Assembly (NCBI GenBank): GCA_044352465.1
Contig: JBILDU010000082.1
Coordinates: 1 to 13,912, forward strand
Source: Bdellovibrionota bacterium
GTDB taxonomy: Bacteria; Bdellovibrionota_C; UBA2361
Direction: 5' to 3'
Length of the DNA stretch: 13,912 nt
In this document: positions 7,589 through 13,912 of the stretch, in pieces
Layout of the letters: every line of letters starts with the position of its first letter
How positions within the stretch are numbered: position 1 is the first letter of the stretch
The notes under the pieces: generated by a model
The model's input: only the letters and a program-made list of their open reading frames with translations
What the model was told of the DNA's origin: nothing
Databases searched by the model: none
Translations under genes and position numbers: made by a program

Positions 7589-7837
7589 GCTTTCCTTACA
7601 GCGCCTTAGGCGTGGTTGAGGCGCTTGCTCTCGGCACTTCTGAGGGCTTCTCAGATTGCTTTAAAGATTGAAATCTCCTAGAAATAGGGCTGCTTGTGGC
7701 TGGCATTTCCCGAAGGCATGGGGAAGTCGCCGCACCCTCGATAGTACCTCTAACCGGGGTGGTATCGGGGCGGTCGCCCTGGGGAGCTCCGCTCCATCCC
7801 AGCGCGAGTTAACCTTTGTTAAGAATAAGTTGAACTT

Positions 7838-8911
7838 ATGGATATTAAGCTTATCGCTGAGGCTGAGCGGCGTGGTCACGAACAGGTCACGGTCTTTAAC
7901 TATCCGCAGGTAGGGCTCAAGGCGATCATCGCGATTCACAATACCGTGCTTGGACCAGCTTTGGGCGGATGCCGGATGCGGGTCTACCAGGATGAGGGCC
8001 AGGCGCTTGATGATGCGCTCCGACTCTCTGAGGGGATGACTTACAAGAGCTCGATGGCGGGGCTCGATCTTGGTGGTGGTAAGTCGGTTATTATCTGCGA
8101 CCCTTCCATCACGGAGGGTCGGCGCGAGCTGCTCCAACAGTTCGCTCAATGCCTGAACCACCTTGGGGGTCGGTACATTACCGCCGAGGACATGGGAACG
8201 AGCGTGGAGGACGTCATGGTGATGCGTGAAACCACGAAGTTTGCCGCTGGTTTTTCAACCGACCAGGGTGGTTCGGGCGATCCGTCGCCTTGGACCGCGC
8301 GGGGTGTGTTCAACGGAATCGTTGCCGCGTGTGAGCGTCGCTACGGCTCCCCCGATCTCAAAGGAAAGCACGTGACGGTGCAGGGAGTCGGTCACGTCGG
8401 CATCTACTTGGTGAAGATGTTGAAAGAGGCGGGGGCGCGAGTGACCGTAGCCGATACCGTTGAATCGCGTGTGCGCAATGCCCGTGAGAAGTACGGTGTC
8501 GAGGTGGTCAATTCCGATGCGATCTACGATGTCGATTGCGATATCTATGCGCCGTGTGCGGTTGGTCAAACGGTGAACCCGAATACGATTGATCGCCTGA
8601 AGTGCGCGATTATCTGCGGTGCGGCGAATAATATCCTCCTGGACTCGGGTATGTATGCGCCGATTCAGCAGAAGAATATGATGTATTGCCCTGATTTCGT
8701 CGTGAACGCGGGTGGTATCATCTCGGTTGGTGCGGAGTACATTCCTGGTGGATGGAATGAATCGTGGGTGATGAATAAGATCAACAATATCGCTACCACG
8801 ACCCATCGGGTGCTCGATGAGTCTCAAAAGCGCAACAAGTTCCCTGAGGTTGTTGCGGTTGAGCTCGCGAAGGAGCGTATCAAGGCAGCCGCGGAGAGGA
8901 AGAACGCTTAA
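7838..8911 (+). CDS. Glu/Leu/Phe/Val dehydrogenase, leucine dehydrogenase-like
   Basis: IAIHNTVLGPALGGCRM, LRLSEGMTYK, GGGKSVI, YITAEDMG, Rossmann VQGVGHVG, GAANN and PDFVVNAGG motifs. Confidence 0.93.
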   Translation: MDIKLIAEAERRGHEQVTVFNYPQVGLKAIIAIHNTVLGPALGGCRMRVYQDEGQALDDALRLSEGMTYKSSMAGLDLGGGKSVIICDPSITEGRRELLQQFAQCLNHLGGRYITAEDMGTSVEDVMVMRETTKFAAGFSTDQGGSGDPSPWTARGVFNGIVAACERRYGSPDLKGKHVTVQGVGHVGIYLVKMLKEAGARVTVADTVESRVRNAREKYGVEVVNSDAIYDVDCDIYAPCAVGQTVNPNTIDRLKCAIICGAANNILLDSGMYAPIQQKNMMYCPDFVVNAGGIISVGAEYIPGGWNESWVMNKINNIATTTHRVLDESQKRNKFPEVVAVELAKERIKAAAERKNA

Positions 8912-9204
8912 GAAGCCGCGATACTTTGGCTGCGTGGGCTCGTCTTCTGTCCAAGAAATCGGTTGATCGATAGATCGGTCGGTGGACAGAGGGCGAGCCT
9001 TTTCATGTCTGCCTCGCCTTCGGCCGCCGTTCGACGAGCTGACCTCAACCGAGATCGTTGAAGTCACGGCCGAAGCTTGCTCCTCGGCCCACGGGCTCCA
9101 AGCGTCACACACGACGATGGCGGGGCTTTTCTCCGCGCCGCGCTCTTCACAGCTCGGGGGCCGCCGCGTTTTGTTTTTGCGGGGCTCTTCGCCGCAAAAA
9201 GGGT

Positions 9205-9210
9205 TATACT
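9205..9210 (+). promoter_or_regulatory. -10 element just upstream of uvrB (possible leaderless promoter)
   Basis: TATACT 6 nt before ATG 9217; no Shine-Dalgarno. Confidence 0.5.
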
Positions 9211-9216
9211 GCCGGT

Positions 9217-11250
9217 ATGTCGACCCCGTTGCCCCAAAATCCTTTTGCTCATCTGCAAGCGGTCGATTTCGAGCTTAAATCCCCGTTTGCGCCCCGGGGT
9301 GATCAGCCCCAAGCGATCGACAAAATCGTTGAGAATCTGAACGACGGGGTGCTCTATCAAACGCTCCTCGGTGTTACCGGTTCGGGGAAGACCTTCACCG
9401 TCGCCAACGTCATCAAACAGGTGCAGCGGCCGACCCTGGTGATCGCCCCGAACAAGACCCTTGCTGCGCAGCTCTATGCGGAGTTCAAAGAATTCTTTCC
9501 TGAGAACCGGGTGCGCTATTTCGTGAGTTACTACGATTACTATCAGCCCGAGGCATATATCCCCGCCACGAACACGTATATCGAGAAAGACAGCGCTATT
9601 AACGAGGAGATCGACAAGCTTCGCCACAGCGCAACCCGAGCTCTGCTCGAGTCGCGTGACACGATCGTCGTGGCGAGTGTCAGCTGCATCTACGGTCTGG
9701 GAGCACCGCAGGACTATTTCAACATGATGCTCTTTCTTGAGAGCGGGCAGACGGTACCGCGCGAGGAGATTATAAAAAAACTCGTCGCGATGCAGTACAC
9801 CCGCTCCGACTTCGAGTTCGAGCGGGGAAATTTTCGGGTACGGGGAGAAACTATCGATGTCTTTCCCTCTGACCAAGATGCGGAAGCTATTCGGATACAA
9901 CTCTTCGGGGACGATGTTGAAGGGCTCGCCGTCATCGATTCGATATCGGGCAAAACTTTGCGTAAGATTGAGCGTTGCGCGGTGTATCCGGTCAGTCACT
10001 TTGTGACCGATCGGGAAGCGGTCAAGCGAGCGATAAAGAGTATCCGGGAGGAGCTGCACGGCTGGTTGCCCGAGCTTTTAAACCAGGGGAAGGCGCTGGA
10101 GGCTCAGCGGTTGGAGCAGCGCACTCTGTACGATCTCGAGCTTTTGGAGGAGGTCGGCTTCTGCCCGGGGATCGAGAACTATTCCCGTCATCTCGGTGGG
10201 CGGACGGCGGGAACCCCTCCCGCAACCCTTATGGATTATTTCCCGTCCGATCTGCTCCTTGTTATCGACGAAAGTCATGTGACTGTTTCGCAGATCGGGG
10301 GTATGTATCGGGGCGATCGCGCGCGCAAGCAGACCCTCGTTGACTACGGCTTTCGGTTACCCTCAGCGCTGGACAATCGGCCGTTAAATCTGGACGAGTT
10401 TTGGGCTCGCACCGGTCAGGCGATCTTTGTGTCGGCTACCCCCGGAGAGTTCGAACTGGAGCGGAGTAAGCCGCACATTGTGGAGCAGGTAAACCGTCCC
10501 ACGGGTCTCCTCGACCCCCCGGTGACCGTTAAGCCGGCGCTCAATCAGGTTGACGATCTCTTGGAGGAGATCCGTGGAACTGTTGGCAAGGGCGAGCGGG
10601 TGCTCGTGACGACTCTCACCAAGAAGATGTCGGAGAATTTAGCCGAGTATCTTCGCGAGATCGGAATTAAATGTCGGTATCTTCATTCTGATATTAACGC
10701 GATCGAGCGGGTTGAAATACTACGGGGACTACGCAAAGGTGACTTCGACGTGCTTATCGGTATCAACCTCCTCCGGGAGGGGCTCGATCTGGTTGAGGTG
10801 AGCCTCGTTGCGATCCTTGATGCCGATAAAGAGGGGTTCCTACGCTCAACCCGCTCCCTCATCCAGACGATGGGTCGAGCCGCTCGAAATGTGAACGGAC
10901 GGGTCATCCTCTATGCTGATAGGATGACTGAGTCGATGCGGGCGGCGATTACGGAGACGGAGCGACGTCGAACGATCCAAGCGGAGTTCAATCAACGTCA
11001 CGGCATCGTCCCGCAGTCGGCGCAGAGTGGAATCCGTGGGGCGTTGGTGGATGTTGAAGCGAATCTTGCCGAGGCACTCACGATCGGTGAACAGCTCATC
11101 GAGATCCCCAAAGAAAAGAGCGCGCAAGATAAGCTCGTTACCCAGTTACGGAAGGAGATGTTCGATGCTGCGGCGAAGCGTGAATTCGAGAAGGCGGCGG
11201 TGTTGCGCGATGCGCTCAATTCGCTTCAAGAGCGGCTTTTAAAGATGTAG
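9217..11250 (+). CDS. uvrB: Excinuclease ABC subunit B
   Basis: GDQPQAI, Walker [22 protein letters not shown] beta-hairpin, [22 protein letters not shown] and a C-terminal UVR domain. Start moved to ATG 9217 because the upstream in-frame extension does not resemble UvrB. Confidence 0.97.
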   Translation: MSTPLPQNPFAHLQAVDFELKSPFAPRGDQPQAIDKIVENLNDGVLYQTLLGVTGSGKTFTVANVIKQVQRPTLVIAPNKTLAAQLYAEFKEFFPENRVRYFVSYYDYYQPEAYIPATNTYIEKDSAINEEIDKLRHSATRALLESRDTIVVASVSCIYGLGAPQDYFNMMLFLESGQTVPREEIIKKLVAMQYTRSDFEFERGNFRVRGETIDVFPSDQDAEAIRIQLFGDDVEGLAVIDSISGKTLRKIERCAVYPVSHFVTDREAVKRAIKSIREELHGWLPELLNQGKALEAQRLEQRTLYDLELLEEVGFCPGIENYSRHLGGRTAGTPPATLMDYFPSDLLLVIDESHVTVSQIGGMYRGDRARKQTLVDYGFRLPSALDNRPLNLDEFWARTGQAIFVSATPGEFELERSKPHIVEQVNRPTGLLDPPVTVKPALNQVDDLLEEIRGTVGKGERVLVTTLTKKMSENLAEYLREIGIKCRYLHSDINAIERVEILRGLRKGDFDVLIGINLLREGLDLVEVSLVAILDADKEGFLRSTRSLIQTMGRAARNVNGRVILYADRMTESMRAAITETERRRTIQAEFNQRHGIVPQSAQSGIRGALVDVEANLAEALTIGEQLIEIPKEKSAQDKLVTQLRKEMFDAAAKREFEKAAVLRDALNSLQERLLKM

Positions 11251-11348
11251 CACGCCCGCGGGTAAGTGTGCCGGAGGAGAGCCGAAAGCGAGTGTCTCTT
11301 TTCCCGGAGTGATGTCAGAGTGAGAGAATTTTTCGCTCGAAATATAAG

Positions 11349-13223
11349 ATGACTACCGAATCCACCGAGGAGGCCGCAGCGCGGCTCGCGCTGCTCCGGG
11401 CCCACGTCGGGAATTTTCCCAAGTTGCCGGGGGTCTACCTGATGCGCGACGAGCGAGGGGGGGTGATCTATGTCGGTAAAGCGAAGGATCTGCGGGCCCG
11501 GGTGAGGAGCTACTTTGCCGGGAGCGATGAGCGGCTTCAAATCGAATTTCTTCTTAAAAAGATCCGCTCGATCGATACCATCGTGACCGAGAACGAACAG
11601 CAGGCGTTTGTTCTCGAGCGTGACCTGATTACGCAGCACAAGCCACGCTACAACATCCGGCTCAAAGACGACAAAGCGTATCTGTGTCTCCGCATCGATG
11701 AGAACGCCCCGTGGCCGCGCCTCGAACTTGTCCGTAAGGTTACCAATGATGGGGCCCGTTATTTCGGACCGTATAGTTTCAGTTACGAGCTGCGCAGTCT
11801 CCTCGATATCATTAAACGGGTGGTGCCCCTGCGAACATGCACCGACACGGTCTTCTTTAATCGTGCGCGTCCGTGTCTTGAGTATCAGATTAAGCGGTGC
11901 GCCGGTCCGTGTACGTTGCCGGTCGATAAAGAGCAGTATCGGCGTTGGGTAAAGCAAGCTATCGCGGTCTTGGAGGGGAAAACCGACCCGGTGGTAAAAG
12001 AGCTCACAGCGGCGATGGAGGGCGCCGCGGACGATCTGCGCTTCGAGGATGCTGCGGCGATCCGTGACAGGCTTCAGGTCCTCGAGCATTTTAAGAAGGG
12101 CGCTGCTCTGATCGCCTCGAAGGGGGAGGAGCGGGATGTCTTTGCGATCTATCGCGAAGAGGGGCTCGCCGTCGTGGCGGTTCTCAAAGTTCGCAACGGT
12201 CGGGTGGCTGACAACGTGAATTTCTCTTTTCACGAGGTTCAGGTGACCGATGATGAGCTTCTTGAATCGGTGTTGGAGCAGTATTACGGGGGTAGCCGGG
12301 AGGTTCCGCCGGAGATCGTTGTCCCATTTGAGCCGGAGAATTTATCGATCTTGAAAGAGGATCTACGGACTCGTCGTCAGAGCGGGTGTGAATTCGTGGT
12401 GCCTCAGCGGGGTGTGAAGGCGCGTCTTTTGAATCTTGCACTTGTTAATGCCAAGCAGCATTTTGCGACCACTTTCGACGCTGAGACTCGTGCCATGGAG
12501 CTTTCCCGTGGGCTTGCTCGAATCTTGGGGCTCAAGCAGATGCCCCGACGGATCGAGTGTGTCGATATATCGAATTTTCAAGGGTCGGATATCGTCGGTG
12601 CGGTCGTGGCCTTCTTTGATGGACAGCCAGATAAGCAGCGTTATCGAAAATACAAGATTCAAGGACGGGAGACGCCCGATGACTTTGCTTCGATTGAGGA
12701 GGTTGTGGGACGACGGCTCGAGCGCGGCATGGCCGAAGGTGACCTGCCCGATCTTTTGATTATCGACGGTGGACTCGGCCAACTCGGACGTGCCTTGGCG
12801 GCGCGGGATGCCTTAAAGCTGAATCTCGAGATCGTGGCTCTGGCCAAGATGCGCACGGAGAGGGATTTCGCGGCGCGGGAGGTCGCAACGAGTCAGGAGC
12901 GGATATTTGTCGAGGGGAGTTCGGAACCGATCGTTCTGGAGAGCTCTGCGGAGGTGACCCATTTCGTCCAGCGCATTCGCGATGAGGCGCATCGCTTCGT
13001 TATTACGTTTCACCGGACACGCCGGGCGAAGCGGGTTTTTCGTTCCGCACTCGATGACATCAGTGGGGTTGGTCCGGAGCGCCGGGGGAGGTTGCTGCGC
13101 CACTATGGCAGCATCGAGCGTATTCGCAACGCACCGGTTGATGAGGTGGCGATGGTCGGGCGGATGCCTCGCCCATTGGCGGAGAAGATTATCCAAAAAC
13201 TTAATCGTGCCGAAGGGGAATGA
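11349..13223 (+). CDS. uvrC: Excinuclease ABC subunit C
   Basis: GIY-YIG domain (PGVYLM...IYVGKAKDLR), Cys cluster C...CLEYQIKRCAGPC, UVR domain, RNase H-like domain (ECVDIS, IIDGG, RDEAHRF) and HhH (GVGP). Confidence 0.97.
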   Translation: MTTESTEEAAARLALLRAHVGNFPKLPGVYLMRDERGGVIYVGKAKDLRARVRSYFAGSDERLQIEFLLKKIRSIDTIVTENEQQAFVLERDLITQHKPRYNIRLKDDKAYLCLRIDENAPWPRLELVRKVTNDGARYFGPYSFSYELRSLLDIIKRVVPLRTCTDTVFFNRARPCLEYQIKRCAGPCTLPVDKEQYRRWVKQAIAVLEGKTDPVVKELTAAMEGAADDLRFEDAAAIRDRLQVLEHFKKGAALIASKGEERDVFAIYREEGLAVVAVLKVRNGRVADNVNFSFHEVQVTDDELLESVLEQYYGGSREVPPEIVVPFEPENLSILKEDLRTRRQSGCEFVVPQRGVKARLLNLALVNAKQHFATTFDAETRAMELSRGLARILGLKQMPRRIECVDISNFQGSDIVGAVVAFFDGQPDKQRYRKYKIQGRETPDDFASIEEVVGRRLERGMAEGDLPDLLIIDGGLGQLGRALAARDALKLNLEIVALAKMRTERDFAAREVATSQERIFVEGSSEPIVLESSAEVTHFVQRIRDEAHRFVITFHRTRRAKRVFRSALDDISGVGPERRGRLLRHYGSIERIRNAPVDEVAMVGRMPRPLAEKIIQKLNRAEGE

Positions 13224-13285
13224 TGCTGGCGCGGGGCACCGCGCCAGCATCTACCATCGCGTCTCTGAGCAGCACGGCTGGCCTA

Positions 13286-13870
13286 TTAATTGTCCCCCTC
13301 GCCCGGGACGTCGCAGCCTTTGCCGAGCTCTGAGGGCAGACTCGGGAAAATATCGGCGGTATCTCGACCGGTGCATAGTTCGATATTGATTTTGTTCGAG
13401 AGTACCTCGGCGCTCTTGATACGCACCTGATAGAGGAAATTTGTATCGGGTCCTAAATCGAATCCCCACGAGGCCAGTCCCCGGTTATTTGTCGTCCTTA
13501 CTCTGCCGAAACGCTCGAACTTCCCCCCGTCCGCGGGGGCGCGGTAAAGGTAAAGCGGCACATCGGCGACCCGTTTGCCGGTTTTGCCGACAGCATAGGC
13601 TCGAAGCCGACATCCCTCTTCCAGCGCAACGATCTCAGCATCGTCCAGATTGCCGTCGTTGAGATCGCTTGGGTTCGGATTGGCGCTGAGATCCCCTTGC
13701 GGTGACATCGCTGCGCATGCGGTGTTGGTGATACGCAGCGTAATCCGCCGTACCCCACTATCCTCTACTGGAGCGGCGAACGCTGCCGGAGCTAGGTTGA
13801 TTCCGACTATCGTTGCGAGCAGCGCGGCGCAAGCGGCGCGGAGCCGCGAATTGGTCTTAGGCAAAGTCAT
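13286..13870 (-). CDS. Secreted hypothetical protein (194 aa)
   Basis: GAAGGAG lies 5 nt before ATG 13870. Signal peptide MTLPKTNSRLRAACAALLATIVGINLAPAAFA-A; four Cys in the predicted mature part; convergent with uvrC. Confidence 0.75.
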   Translation of the reverse strand: MTLPKTNSRLRAACAALLATIVGINLAPAAFAAPVEDSGVRRITLRITNTACAAMSPQGDLSANPNPSDLNDGNLDDAEIVALEEGCRLRAYAVGKTGKRVADVPLYLYRAPADGGKFERFGRVRTTNNRGLASWGFDLGPDTNFLYQVRIKSAEVLSNKINIELCTGRDTADIFPSLPSELGKGCDVPGEGDN

Positions 13871-13912
13871 GAGCTCTCCTTCGGTCAAAAGATTTTAATT
13901 GCCCGTATCGAT

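Noticed and set aside
9058..9216. 53-aa N-terminal extension of UvrB from the ORF track
   Set aside because: It is Arg-rich and not UvrB-like, and it overlaps structured intergenic and promoter sequence. ATG 9217 is the better start.
8255..12233. Long antisense ORFs (8255-9112, 9064-10059, 11226-12233; likewise 1159-1911 and 5759-6307)
   Set aside because: They are shadow frames of conserved genes, expected in GC-rich DNA, and have no recognisable motifs.
9217..13223. uvrB-uvrC without uvrA, and scpAB without smc, as unusual systems
   Set aside because: These partners are commonly encoded elsewhere in the genome, so absence from a 14-kb window is uninformative.

Overview
GC-rich bacterial chromosomal window made mostly of housekeeping genes. 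In order: a truncated zinc-ribbon protein gene (- strand, missing from the ORF track), rlmB-like TrmH methyltransferase, scpA-scpB-rluB, initiator tRNA-fMet (-), an ALDH7-type aldehyde dehydrogenase, tRNA-Leu(CAG), a 59-aa lipoprotein, a Leu/Val/Phe dehydrogenase, uvrB-uvrC and a secreted hypothetical protein (-). I see no integrase, transposase, cas or reverse transcriptase gene. The most unusual element is non-coding: a tandem array (4708-5092) of four complete and one partial 62-64 nt two-hairpin units, between the convergent 3' ends of rluB and tRNA-fMet. It shows compensatory base changes, an invariant GCGCAGC mini-hairpin cap, linkers built from the unit's own tail, and decay away from the tRNA. 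Several long intergenic regions also contain nested stems (candidate ncRNAs), and three genes look leaderless. All pairings were found by eye; no folding or database search was run.
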